This document shows, piece after piece, positions 38,968-48,739 of a DNA stretch of 64,000 nucleotides. A program made the translations under genes and the position numbers. The DNA is taken from positions 31,568 to 95,567 of the IMG/VR virus record IMGVR_UViG_3300008261_000125. One strand, 5' to 3'. The stretch is from a virus. The notes beneath the pieces are model-generated. The model did not search any database, was not told the origin of the DNA, and saw only the letters and a list, made by a program, of their open reading frames with translations. Within the stretch, counting starts at the first letter, position 1. Every line of letters begins with the position of its first letter.

Positions 38968-41076
38968 TTAATAAGGTGCAACATAAACAACATTAGTACC
39001 ATCAAAATAACTCATATATATAGTACCATTACTACCAGTTAAAAATTTACAATTAGTATTTCCATACACAGGACTAGCAGAATTTATAAAATCTATAGCA
39101 AAATAACCTGTATTAAATTCATTAAAACTAAAATTACTTAAAGTTTCAAAACCTATATTAATTGAACACTCTTCACCTATAATTATATTATTTGTACAAT
39201 CAGCTCCAAATTTACTACCAACTATTCTATCTATTTTATTATACTTAAAGTTATTTCTAAAAGTACTCCCCTCTACATATTTTAATGTATTAAACGTAAA
39301 TAATCCATAAGTAATACAGTCACTCATATTTTGAATAACATTTCCCCCAAAACCATCTGCAATGGTGTTAGCATAAAAAAAATCTTTTATTTGATTATTT
39401 CTAAAGTTATTTCCAATAGTATTACCAAATTGTGTTAGATCAGGATCAGCACTACCAAAGTAATTTCCTATTTGATTATTTTGAAAATCTTCACCTATAA
39501 TATTAGATTGAGAACCTGGTGCTTGTTTAGTATTACCAAAATAATCTCCTATAACATTATTATTAAATCTATCACCTATTTCATTATTCCATATATAATT
39601 ACCTAATGTATTACTATCTGCATTACCAAAAGTATTACTATAATTAGTATTACCTCCATTATATCCACAATAATTACCTATTGTATTGTTTGTAAAAAGT
39701 CCATTAAATATATTATATCCACAATTATCACCTATTGTATTATGTTCAAGTACAGCATTTATAGTATTGTTAATAAAATTAAAACTAATTTTATTAAAAG
39801 CCATCGGAACATTTAAAATTGTATTATTAGTAAAATTTGTTTCTATAACATTGAAACAAAACTCTTGACTTGAGTTATTTATATTATTTGATGCAAAGCC
39901 TCCTCTTATTGTATTAGAATAAAAAAGTGAATAACTAATATTATTGTCTTTAAAACTATATGGTTCTGCATAACCAGAATTATCAATTATATTAGATTCA
40001 AAATCACTTTCTGTAATTATATTTTGTACAAAATAATTATTTATAGTATTATTAATAAATCTACTTCCACTTACAATATTATTGTTAATAAATTGAAAAT
40101 TAATATTATTATTATCAATAATATCACCAGTAATTCTATTTCTTATAAAATTGTTTTTAATATTATTATTTTTAAAACTTTCAAAAAATGCTATACTATT
40201 ATTAACACAATTATTTCCAATTATATTATTTTTTGTTAAATTAGAAAAGTCATTATCAAAAACATTATTACTTAATAAAAAAGGTAAATTAAATTCTGTA
40301 TTATTACCTATATAATTATTTGTAGAATTATTATTTAATAAATCAAAAGTTAAAAATTCACTACTAGCATATCCTGTATCATAAAATACATTATATCTTG
40401 AAGTAATAGGATCTTCTTTATACCTTTTAAACAATATATGTCTATGGTCATAATCAGTTCTGTTATTCCACTCATCTATTCTTTCAATGATTCTACCTTT
40501 TGCAGGAGCATTCATTACTTCTGTATTAGTAAAAGTTATATCAAATTTTATTTGATCTTTAGGATGAAGAGTTGATACAGCCTCTGGTAATAAAGCATTT
40601 GTAGTTGCAGCAGTTACAATCAAAGGTTCTATTGGACCTGTCTTAGTAGCTACTACAGTTTTAGGTGTTGCATCTCTTAACTCTACTGGAGTTACAGGTA
40701 AATTTCCTGTATAATCAGGTTGATCATATATAGTTTGAAAATTACTAATTAAATACTTAGCACCAGGTGTTAATGAATTTGTATTAATTAAATTAGTTAA
40801 ACTAGTAAAAGTTACACTTGTAGGAGTAATAGAATTATAGTTTATATAATTTACAATATTTTGCACACTAGTACTTATAGGAGTATTAGTAGGAATGATT
40901 GTACCGGTTGTCCCAGTGATAGGAGGTCCAGTGTAAATTACACAATTTGCATCAGTAGTTTCATCACAAGGAATAGGATCTGGACAAACAGGTGTATCAT
41001 TTGGACAAAGGTTTGGTGTTGTTAAACCTTTAGAAATACATCCACAGTTATTTGTATTGCATGTTGAGCAGCTCAT
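38968..41076 (-). CDS. Putative tail fibre/spike with Asn-rich beta-helix-like repeats
   Basis: Likely ATG at 41076 (MSCSTCNT). Many (F/C)xNNxIG-type repeats; EWNNRTDYDHRHILFKRY segment. Confidence 0.65.
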   Translation of the reverse strand: MSCSTCNTNNCGCISKGLTTPNLCPNDTPVCPDPIPCDETTDANCVIYTGPPITGTTGTIIPTNTPISTSVQNIVNYINYNSITPTSVTFTSLTNLINTNSLTPGAKYLISNFQTIYDQPDYTGNLPVTPVELRDATPKTVVATKTGPIEPLIVTAATTNALLPEAVSTLHPKDQIKFDITFTNTEVMNAPAKGRIIERIDEWNNRTDYDHRHILFKRYKEDPITSRYNVFYDTGYASSEFLTFDLLNNNSTNNYIGNNTEFNLPFLLSNNVFDNDFSNLTKNNIIGNNCVNNSIAFFESFKNNNIKNNFIRNRITGDIIDNNNINFQFINNNIVSGSRFINNTINNYFVQNIITESDFESNIIDNSGYAEPYSFKDNNISYSLFYSNTIRGGFASNNINNSSQEFCFNVIETNFTNNTILNVPMAFNKISFNFINNTINAVLEHNTIGDNCGYNIFNGLFTNNTIGNYCGYNGGNTNYSNTFGNADSNTLGNYIWNNEIGDRFNNNVIGDYFGNTKQAPGSQSNIIGEDFQNNQIGNYFGSADPDLTQFGNTIGNNFRNNQIKDFFYANTIADGFGGNVIQNMSDCITYGLFTFNTLKYVEGSTFRNNFKYNKIDRIVGSKFGADCTNNIIIGEECSINIGFETLSNFSFNEFNTGYFAIDFINSASPVYGNTNCKFLTGSNGTIYMSYFDGTNVVYVAPY

Positions 41077-41078
41077 AT

Positions 41079-42563
41079 TTATGGTGTTAATGTTGTTACT
41101 ACAGTAAATGCACAAGTTGTTATTGCATTATTGATATCTATTTTAACTCTTAATTTATAACTAGTAGAGGATACTAATTCTACAAATGATCCATTGTAAA
41201 TATTAACTGAACTAGATTCAAATGTTTGAGAACTAATCAATACAGTTCCTAAATCATTCCATAACTCAACAATATAAGTTTTATTTCCAGACTCACTTGT
41301 AAATTGGAAATCAATAGAATCTAAAGCTGGAGTATAAACTACTTCAGGACAGTTAGCTAATTGAATAATAGTAAATTGTAATATTGATTGACATTGAGAA
41401 CCACTTACAGTATTTGTAAAGTTAGGTTCTGCTGTGATAGTCAAGTTAGTTGAACCATTTAATATTGTATTTCCAATAGGAATGATACCACCAAAAGGAG
41501 AGTTTAGAATATCAATGATGTTTAAGTAACTACTAGTAGTAGAGTTATAACTATCACGGACAGTAAATAATGTACCTAATGACTCAGTATTAACAAATGT
41601 TCCTGGAATAACTCCATTAACAAATACACTTACTTCTTGTGTATCACTATTGTATGATGCAAATATAGTTAAGTTGATTCCACTACATACATTAGGAATA
41701 TAGTTAGTAATGATATTCTGTAGGGCAACCCTCATATCAGCAATAGTCAACCAGATGTTTCCAATTGAAGATGCTTCATTTTGAATTGATGAATTCCACC
41801 CATCTAAAGAAGCCATATTTCCACCAACACCAGATAGGGTTGGAGCTTCATTAAGATTAGGAATTTGTTTTTGAATATTAGTAAAAATATCAATTGGAGT
41901 TCCTGTTGCTAATCTTAACTCACAAAACTGTTGTTCTGTAGCAGCTAAAACTATATTCATTGCAGTAGGTCCTGCTTCTGGTATTACACATATTGGAGTT
42001 ACAGTTGGTAATTCAATTGTTGGAGCAGGAGCTGTTTCTAATAATATTAATCTATTATTATGATTAGTTAATGTAGATTCAATATTAGTAATAGTAGTAA
42101 CCATGTTTGATACTCTATTACCAATTGCAACTGCATAATTAGTTACTGTCATTGTGGTAACTAAATCACCAAACTCATTATAGTAATAGAAAGCTGGAGC
42201 TATTTCAACAATAGTATCTCCACTAGCATCTACACCAATTACTGACATACTTCTTGCTGCAGGTTGTGCAGAAGATACTGAATAATTACTGATTTGACCA
42301 GTACATACTTTATCAATAAGTAATTGTACAAATTCTCTAAAAGTTTGTGGAGGGCAAATACCTTGAGCAAAACAACTTAATGTATAAGTGCTTATATCAA
42401 ATGTGTTAATTAACTCACACAATTCTGTAGCTAATTTGTATACAACTTCTGTAACAGAATCTCCTTTACATAAATTAATACAAGGTATATTAGGACCTTG
42501 CCAAACTACACAGTTTGATGAAATATTTGAGCATCCTGTTTTATCAATATTTAATGGTTTCAT
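41079..42563 (-). CDS. Putative fibre / structural protein
   Basis: 494 aa. N-terminal SSNCVVWQGP motif related to the neighbours' DAxCVIYTG; central coiled coil; FN3-like C-terminus (LVSSTSYKLRV). Confidence 0.5.
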   Translation of the reverse strand: MKPLNIDKTGCSNISSNCVVWQGPNIPCINLCKGDSVTEVVYKLATELCELINTFDISTYTLSCFAQGICPPQTFREFVQLLIDKVCTGQISNYSVSSAQPAARSMSVIGVDASGDTIVEIAPAFYYYNEFGDLVTTMTVTNYAVAIGNRVSNMVTTITNIESTLTNHNNRLILLETAPAPTIELPTVTPICVIPEAGPTAMNIVLAATEQQFCELRLATGTPIDIFTNIQKQIPNLNEAPTLSGVGGNMASLDGWNSSIQNEASSIGNIWLTIADMRVALQNIITNYIPNVCSGINLTIFASYNSDTQEVSVFVNGVIPGTFVNTESLGTLFTVRDSYNSTTSSYLNIIDILNSPFGGIIPIGNTILNGSTNLTITAEPNFTNTVSGSQCQSILQFTIIQLANCPEVVYTPALDSIDFQFTSESGNKTYIVELWNDLGTVLISSQTFESSSVNIYNGSFVELVSSTSYKLRVKIDINNAITTCAFTVVTTLTP

Positions 42564-42618
42564 GCTATAATTTTAGTATGTTAATTTACATAATTTTTAT
42601 TTTATACACAATATTTAT

Positions 42619-44268
42619 TTAACAATCTGGATCAGGTTCTGGTAAAGTAGATTTACATAAATCTGGATCTGTTAATAGTTCAAAATCTAGTATTTGTTTT
42701 TTGATATCCCAAGTGTCTAGTTCATCACCACAACAAGGGGTAATACCATATCTATTAACTATCATTTTGTTATATACTTCTTGTGCAAATGTGCAGTTTA
42801 CTTTCTCTATGTAATCAGTAGAGAGACATGAATTTTTACTGAAGTATCCAGGTTTAATTCTTCTAGGATGTAAACTAAAAGTTGGTACTGGGATTACTGG
42901 AGCACATGCTTCACATGTTTCATAATCATCAGTTACTTCACCTACATTAACTCCAAACTCACAAGTATCAGCAATAGATACTTCCCAACATACATCAGGA
43001 CAACCTACAATCTTAATTATATTACCTACATATTGTGAGAAGTCATTATATACAATTCTAGGTTCTAATGTACTAGGAGTACATGGAGTAATTAAATAAC
43101 AAACTCTTAAGCATTCAAAACAGTTTGCATAGTTATTAGATAACACAGTTCCTGTGAAAGGTTCTCCTACTACTGTAACTACTCTTTCAATAGTAACACA
43201 ATATACACCTTCATCCCAGAATTCACCAGGTTCTGTTATTTCTATTTTTTGTGTTGTACCATCATATACTAACAAGTCTGTGTTAGTAATCCAAGGGGTT
43301 AGTCCTGAATCTTCTTCACAAGCAGTAATTTTAAATGTTGGAGCATTACACTGAGGACAACTAGTAAATTGTGTAAAGCTTACTACATCAGTATATAATA
43401 TTGCAGTAGGGTATTCTCCAGCTGGTGCTGGTATTATATTAAAACAACCAGGTAAAGTTGTATTACTACTACCTGAATCATAAGTAAATACACCTAATGT
43501 AGCACTACCTAATGTTGATGGATTAGGTAAAGCATTAGGATTTGGTCCATTATATACAATTATTTTATTATTAGTAGTATCATTAGTACAACTATTTAAA
43601 TAATATGCAGGTGGTGGAGGTGGAGGTAAGCAATCAAGACAAGTTTCATAATCATCTGAAACAGTAACTGATACAGTATTAGGACTAAATTCTGTCAAGC
43701 TTACACTATAACAATTTGTATCTCCATCTATTTTAATTACTTTATCTAAGTATAATAATAAATCAGTTTGAGTTACTATTGTTAATAAATCTGGACCACA
43801 CCCAGTTAATAAATAATAAATATTATTATTTAAACATGTTTCACACTCAGTATAAGAATTTTTTCTAGTTAAAGTAAAATCAATAATTGAGTTTGTATTA
43901 GGAGCACATTCAACCTGAGATCTAATATGTTTCCAGCATCCAGGAATTTCATCAAATTCATAAATTCCACTACCAATTCCTTGAGGAATTACATAAATGT
44001 AATCTAAAGGGTTACTACAACTTTGTAATTCAATATATGTACTTCTACCCCTACTTTGTACTAAATAATCTGAAAAACTTAAATTTAAAGGAAGAGTACT
44101 ACTACATACTGGTATATATTGTCTAAGACCATTAGAACCTGATACAATCATAGTTGCAGGTTGGCCTGTTTCACAATCAGTATAATTAATAAAGGCATTA
44201 CCCTCATTAGAATAAAAATTAATAGTAAACAAATAACAACAACATGAAGTAGGTTGATCAAATAACAT
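42619..44268 (-). CDS. Cys-rich repeat protein, probably structural
   Basis: 549 aa with five modules each ending in CxxC. Confidence 0.55.
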   Translation of the reverse strand: MLFDQPTSCCCYLFTINFYSNEGNAFINYTDCETGQPATMIVSGSNGLRQYIPVCSSTLPLNLSFSDYLVQSRGRSTYIELQSCSNPLDYIYVIPQGIGSGIYEFDEIPGCWKHIRSQVECAPNTNSIIDFTLTRKNSYTECETCLNNNIYYLLTGCGPDLLTIVTQTDLLLYLDKVIKIDGDTNCYSVSLTEFSPNTVSVTVSDDYETCLDCLPPPPPPAYYLNSCTNDTTNNKIIVYNGPNPNALPNPSTLGSATLGVFTYDSGSSNTTLPGCFNIIPAPAGEYPTAILYTDVVSFTQFTSCPQCNAPTFKITACEEDSGLTPWITNTDLLVYDGTTQKIEITEPGEFWDEGVYCVTIERVVTVVGEPFTGTVLSNNYANCFECLRVCYLITPCTPSTLEPRIVYNDFSQYVGNIIKIVGCPDVCWEVSIADTCEFGVNVGEVTDDYETCEACAPVIPVPTFSLHPRRIKPGYFSKNSCLSTDYIEKVNCTFAQEVYNKMIVNRYGITPCCGDELDTWDIKKQILDFELLTDPDLCKSTLPEPDPDC

Positions 44269-44269
44269 A

Positions 44270-44434
44270 TTATCTAAAAGTTTTAATATTAGGATTAGGA
44301 GGCTGAGTATTTTTGATAGTTTTTAATTTGTTTTCATATAAACCTAAACAGTTACTACATACACTTTTTCCATCAGTTGCCACTCTCTTTTGGCAACCAC
44401 ATGATAATTTAGCATTACAGTTAAGACAATTCAT
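44270..44434 (-). CDS. Small Cys-rich protein, 54 aa (not in ORF track)
   Basis: Hand translation MNCLNCNAKLSCGCQKRVATDGKSVCSNCLGLYE...; fills the gap between neighbours and is preceded by AAACCAAC. Confidence 0.7.
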   Translation of the reverse strand: MNCLNCNAKLSCGCQKRVATDGKSVCSNCLGLYENKLKTIKNTQPPNPNIKTFR

Positions 44435-44455
44435 ATTAGTTGGTTTTTAATTGGT

Positions 44456-45019
44456 TTAACATGTTTTACAAGAACTACTGCAACTTAATTTATCAATTAG
44501 CTTAACAGCATATCTGTATAGTTCCATACCTTTTGAAGGATCATGACAATCTTCTACATATGCTTTAGCAGCTTTTAAATATTGTTGTATTAATCTTACT
44601 TGATTAAGTTTATCTTTAATAGATGCTGGTGGATCACAAGCACCTAATGATAAAGAACAATAGATCTCTTTTATTCTATTGTCTGCACAAGTAGTTCTTA
44701 AATGATTATACTCTACATATACTAAGTCTTTAGGTTCTACACTATACTTAACTATATAAATACCATCTGGTACATCATAGAATGTAGTACCACAATCTGA
44801 TACTTGTAATTCTAAATCACAAGCTGTAAGATTAAGATTAAATCCTGGTAGTATTTGAGGGTTAGTAAAGTTTACAGGATGTATATACCCTGGAGGTGTA
44901 ATCTGTAAGAGGGGGCAAGTCACAGGTATAGTTGTTGCATATACACTTGTATCCACCACTCTAAAAATACATTTGTTCATTGTGTCTGGAATTTCCAAAC
45001 TTAATACATGTTTTGCCAT
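44456..45019 (-). CDS. Putative structural protein (tail hub-like)
   Basis: 187 aa with a DVPDGIYIVKYSV motif; position in the structural module. Confidence 0.45.
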   Translation of the reverse strand: MAKHVLSLEIPDTMNKCIFRVVDTSVYATTIPVTCPLLQITPPGYIHPVNFTNPQILPGFNLNLTACDLELQVSDCGTTFYDVPDGIYIVKYSVEPKDLVYVEYNHLRTTCADNRIKEIYCSLSLGACDPPASIKDKLNQVRLIQQYLKAAKAYVEDCHDPSKGMELYRYAVKLIDKLSCSSSCKTC

Positions 45020-45029
45020 AATCTTATTA

Positions 45030-45037
45030 CAAATATA
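45030..45037 (-). promoter_or_regulatory. -7 element TATATTTG
   Basis: TAnnTTTG match directly after a terminator and 10 nt before the ATG at 45019. Confidence 0.55.
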
Positions 45038-45039
45038 AT

Positions 45040-45072
45040 AAAAAAAAAGAGGAAAATTAATTCCTCTTTTTT
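45040..45072 (-). terminator. Intrinsic terminator
   Basis: aaaaaagaggaa / ttcctctttttt hairpin with a long T run on the minus strand, after the stop at 45091. Confidence 0.75.
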
Positions 45073-45090
45073 ATTGTAAGTTATTAATTT

Positions 45091-46437
45091 TTAAGCATTA
45101 GGTTCTGGAGTACATTCTACACATTCTTGAATTTCAAGAGGTACAACACAGTCAGTACAATTACCTAACCAAGCATTTAAGAAAGTATCTAATGCAGGAT
45201 TACCTACTGGTGATGCTGGATCTGCTTCAGGTACTATAATTTCTAACATGTATCTGTCATTATCAAACACACCAGTTGGGTTGTTGAAACGAGGTACACT
45301 GTGTAATAAGAAATAACGAGTATATAAAGCATCTCTATCTACTGAATTCAAGATATCAAAACCTTGAGTGATTTCCCTAACCCTGATATCAGAGTGGAAG
45401 AAGTTTTGTAAATAAGATTCAGCTTTAATTAAATCCCTTACAACTTGTTCACCAAAGCCCATACCTTGTAAACCTAAACAATCATTGTATACACAGATAC
45501 CTTCAAAAGTACAAGGATCTCCAGTGTAATCAACCATTGAAGCATAAACTTTAATTGGTTCTTTTTCAAAGAAGTCAGTTACTTGGAAAGAGCAGTTACC
45601 AAATTTAGTTTCTACAAATGCACCAAATAATCTTAAACCTGCAGTTGCACCTGGAGTATGAACACCTGGTACATAAGCTGTCCACCATTGAGCTGAAGTT
45701 ACAGACCCTGGTATTCCAGAGATAGGATCTACAGTTGTTCCTGGAGCATACCAAGGAGTACCTGCTTCATCAAATACTACTGGAAGTACAAAGTCTTTTA
45801 AGTAGTTATTGATAATTAATGCTTTAGCCCATTCAATCATTACTAAAGTTGAATCAACAGCTGTAGGAACAGCACCTGCACAACATCCTGTGTAAGCAGA
45901 TAATGTTTGGTAAGCATTGTGATTCAAAGCACGTAATGCTGGTGAACCTTTAACATCAATTCTTAAGTAGTAAGTTTCTCCACATAAGAATTCAAAATTA
46001 CAACCTGCTTCAGTAGTTCCACCTTGGAATTTGTTTACATCTAAACCACCAGCAGTAATTTGAGGAGTTGTTCCTACTGATACTACAGTTTGTTTAGGTA
46101 CACAAGTTGTTACTTTGTATGCTTTTTGTACATACTTAGGATTGATTAATTTAGACTTGTTAGTCTCTTTGTAACCTCCATGGAAAGGTCCAATTTTATC
46201 TTTAGCTAATAAAGAAGAACCAGCTAAGATCAATGGACAACATCCAGTGAGAGTACTTACATTTACTGATTCATAGTTTTTATCAAAGAATCCAAAGTAT
46301 CCAGGAGCCAATTTAGATAATTCAGAAGTTGTTACACCAGCATCAATGATTAAACCACCATCTGTTGCAAATGGAGAAGCTATTGTTCCCCCTGTTCCCA
46401 AGAACATCTTGGTAAACGCATGATTAAAATAAGCCAT
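45091..46437 (-). CDS. Conserved crAss-like structural protein (auxiliary capsid protein candidate)
   Basis: 448 aa; A-rich leader like that of the major capsid gene; position in the capsid module. Confidence 0.55.
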   Translation of the reverse strand: MAYFNHAFTKMFLGTGGTIASPFATDGGLIIDAGVTTSELSKLAPGYFGFFDKNYESVNVSTLTGCCPLILAGSSLLAKDKIGPFHGGYKETNKSKLINPKYVQKAYKVTTCVPKQTVVSVGTTPQITAGGLDVNKFQGGTTEAGCNFEFLCGETYYLRIDVKGSPALRALNHNAYQTLSAYTGCCAGAVPTAVDSTLVMIEWAKALIINNYLKDFVLPVVFDEAGTPWYAPGTTVDPISGIPGSVTSAQWWTAYVPGVHTPGATAGLRLFGAFVETKFGNCSFQVTDFFEKEPIKVYASMVDYTGDPCTFEGICVYNDCLGLQGMGFGEQVVRDLIKAESYLQNFFHSDIRVREITQGFDILNSVDRDALYTRYFLLHSVPRFNNPTGVFDNDRYMLEIIVPEADPASPVGNPALDTFLNAWLGNCTDCVVPLEIQECVECTPEPNA

Positions 46438-46495
46438 TTTGTTTTGTTTTTGTTGTTAATAAATAAAAATATAAATAATAGTTAAATATATAAAA

Positions 46496-46945
46496 TTATT
46501 TTAAAAATAACAATTTATATTTAATTGAATTAATTGTTGATTTAATTGTGTCTAAATCATTCACTATTTCAGAGTAAGGCATTTTACCTTGTAATCCTGT
46601 AACCATTTGGTACATTTCTCTTAAATAAGCTAATGCTTCAGGTACACTATTTAATGTTCTTGGAGCTACATCTTTGTATTCCAATAATTTTTCAGTTGCT
46701 CCTTGGAATCCTTCAGCTAATGCATCAGCATGATCTGGTAATGCATCATATAATTCATTCAAAGCTTTATGAGATGCAAATGATCCTGGACCAGAAACTT
46801 TCAAATGAAGTTTGTGGATGGCAGTTGCAGCATTCATTAACTCTGATACACATGCTGCAGTCATTGTATCCAATCCTCCTGTAGAGGGAGCACTGTAGTT
46901 GGCAGCTGAACCACCATCTCTTTTTAAAAATCTTTTTGCTTCCAT
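46496..46945 (-). CDS. Dps/ferritin-like protein
   Basis: H..HL.V.G..SF..HKAL.ELYD......D.LAE pattern of the Dps/ferritin-like four-helix bundle. Confidence 0.75.
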   Translation of the reverse strand: MEAKRFLKRDGGSAANYSAPSTGGLDTMTAACVSELMNAATAIHKLHLKVSGPGSFASHKALNELYDALPDHADALAEGFQGATEKLLEYKDVAPRTLNSVPEALAYLREMYQMVTGLQGKMPYSEIVNDLDTIKSTINSIKYKLLFLK

Positions 46946-46953
46946 TATATAAT

Positions 46954-47655
46954 TTAGTTATTATTTTCTACTGTTTGTGTCATTCTTTGATATTGGTTCA
47001 TTGATTCAATATCACCTGCTAATATTTTAACTGCTTCATCTATAAACAACTCAACTAAATCATCTTTAAATTCTGATTCAGTATCTACTGTTGGTGTTAC
47101 ATTAGTGTAAGGGTTGGTTACACCAGCTATTTGAATATATCTAGGTTGTCTGTAATAGTAAAGAGTTGCCTCACTTACATCAAACAGGTTATTAGTATAT
47201 ATCTGTATTTGGTTATTTGATATGGTAGCAAATGTTTCAGCCCACTCAAAGCTAGGTTGTTTATTTTTATCTCTAAGAAGTTGATCCACATTGGCTACTT
47301 CTCCTAAGTAAACCACCATTGGTTTAGATTCACAACAATCACTTTTAGCTTTTGCAGAAAGTCTTTTCCATTGTAGGTAATTAGTAGGGAAGTTGGTAGT
47401 CTCAAAGTATGTTTGCTTATCAGCCATTTTTAAATTAAGTGGAGTAAGCAACACTTGTAAATCATCTATTCTTCTAGTAGATTGTTCATCACCTTCCTTG
47501 GTAATATTAGTACCATGAAGGTTTCTTCTACACCAATCAACTTGACCTTTATTAAAAGCTTCAGTTATTTGCCAAGCTTCTATGTTATCATAATCGTTTG
47601 AGGAGAGTTTATTTAAGCGGTTTTTCACTTTAATTAGTATAGCTGAATTAAGCAT
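46954..47655 (-). CDS. Conserved crAss-like structural (ring/adaptor) protein
   Basis: 233 aa with a YYRQP motif; position downstream of the capsid genes. Confidence 0.55.
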   Translation of the reverse strand: MLNSAILIKVKNRLNKLSSNDYDNIEAWQITEAFNKGQVDWCRRNLHGTNITKEGDEQSTRRIDDLQVLLTPLNLKMADKQTYFETTNFPTNYLQWKRLSAKAKSDCCESKPMVVYLGEVANVDQLLRDKNKQPSFEWAETFATISNNQIQIYTNNLFDVSEATLYYYRQPRYIQIAGVTNPYTNVTPTVDTESEFKDDLVELFIDEAVKILAGDIESMNQYQRMTQTVENNN

Positions 47656-48154
47656 TGTTTAAATAAGTTATAAGGTTTAATAATGTGTCTTTATTATCTT
47701 CAATCATTCCTAAAGCTGTATTACATTTAGTACATAACAAACCTCTTACTTTACCTGTAGTATGACAATGATCTACACATAAATCACTTTTTAAAATAGA
47801 CCTATGATTCTTACAACCTAAGCAACACCCTTCTTGTTTTTCAAACATTAAAGAATATTCTTCCAAAGTTATACCATAAATTGCTTTTAAATGAGGTTTA
47901 GTTTCTTTTACTTTTAACCATCTTTCTTTATTATAAGCTTTTGTTTTTTCTTTATTATTAATTAAATATTGTTTTCTGGTTTCACTTTTACCAAACTTTG
48001 TAGCTCTTGCTTTATATGTATCTATATTAGCATAGTAATGAGCTTTTTTATAAGCTGCAGCTTTTTCTTTATTTCTATGATACCATTCTAGAGATCTACT
48101 TTTTTTAGGAATAGACTCTGCTGGATTAGTTATGAGAATAGCTGAATTTAACAT
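47648..48154 (-). CDS. Endonuclease VII-family (His-Me finger) nuclease, probably a free-standing homing endonuclease
   Basis: YGITLEEY...QEGCCLGC...VDHCHTTGKVRGLLCTKCNTALG. Confidence 0.9.
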   Translation of the reverse strand: MLNSAILITNPAESIPKKSRSLEWYHRNKEKAAAYKKAHYYANIDTYKARATKFGKSETRKQYLINNKEKTKAYNKERWLKVKETKPHLKAIYGITLEEYSLMFEKQEGCCLGCKNHRSILKSDLCVDHCHTTGKVRGLLCTKCNTALGMIEDNKDTLLNLITYLNNA

Positions 48155-48157
48155 TTG

Positions 48158-48325
48158 TTATTTTTTCTTTTTAGCCTTAGCTTTTGGATTCATAAATTCT
48201 TGTACAACTTCAACTCTAGGTTGTTTCTTTTTAGGAGATCCCTCTACAGTTTTGTTATATATACCTACCATTTTTTTATCAGTAGATAAGATTGATTTTC
48301 CTTTTTTAGGTGCTGTCTTTTTCAT
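48158..48325 (-). CDS. Small basic protein, 55 aa (not in ORF track)
   Basis: MKKTAPKKGKSILSTDKK...KAKAKKKK; fills an intergenic gap exactly. Confidence 0.65.
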   Translation of the reverse strand: MKKTAPKKGKSILSTDKKMVGIYNKTVEGSPKKKQPRVEVVQEFMNPKAKAKKKK

Positions 48326-48331
48326 ATTATT

Positions 48332-48577
48332 TTAGCATTTCCACTTTCTAAGTGATTTGTTTATTCTTGAATTAGGATCATTAGCTGTTTTACTAGAAGT
48401 AAGTTTCTTTTTCATTCCTTCCATTCTAGCACAAAAAGATTTCTTTCTAGGTCCTCCTTCAGGTTGAGGAGCTTTAATATCATGACCTGCAGCTTTAAGA
48501 GAAGCTCTCCCTTTAGCATTTAAACCTCCACTTGGAGATTTACCTTCTTTTCTTTGCCATGCTGGACTCTTTGCCAT
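48332..48577 (-). CDS. Small basic phage protein (DUF6321-like)
   Basis: AWQRKEGK.PSGGLNAKGRAS...RKKSFCARM...W.C pattern. Confidence 0.7.
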   Translation of the reverse strand: MAKSPAWQRKEGKSPSGGLNAKGRASLKAAGHDIKAPQPEGGPRKKSFCARMEGMKKKLTSSKTANDPNSRINKSLRKWKC

Positions 48578-48578
48578 A

Positions 48579-48737
48579 TTATCCTTTTTTTGCTTTAGCC
48601 ATTTTCTTAAAAGTTAATGCTAATGCTTTAGCTTTACCTGTGCAACCTGGTTTAGTAATAGGAGTACATTTACCTTCAGTACCTCTTCTTTTTATAGAGG
48701 CTGTAGCTTTTTGTATCCAGTTTTTATCTTTAGCCAT
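48579..48737 (-). CDS. Small basic protein, 52 aa (not in ORF track)
   Basis: MAKDKNWIQKATASIKRRGTEGKCTPITKPGCTGKAKALALTFKKMAKAKKG. Confidence 0.7.
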   Translation of the reverse strand: MAKDKNWIQKATASIKRRGTEGKCTPITKPGCTGKAKALALTFKKMAKAKKG

Positions 48738-48739
48738 TG

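Noticed and set aside
38968-41076. Diversity-generating retroelement target in the Asn-rich fibre
   Set aside because: No reverse transcriptase and no template/variable repeat pair seen in this window.
47648-48154. Group I intron carrying the endonuclease
   Set aside because: No non-coding sequence is available for a ribozyme core, and the downstream gene has its own complete start.
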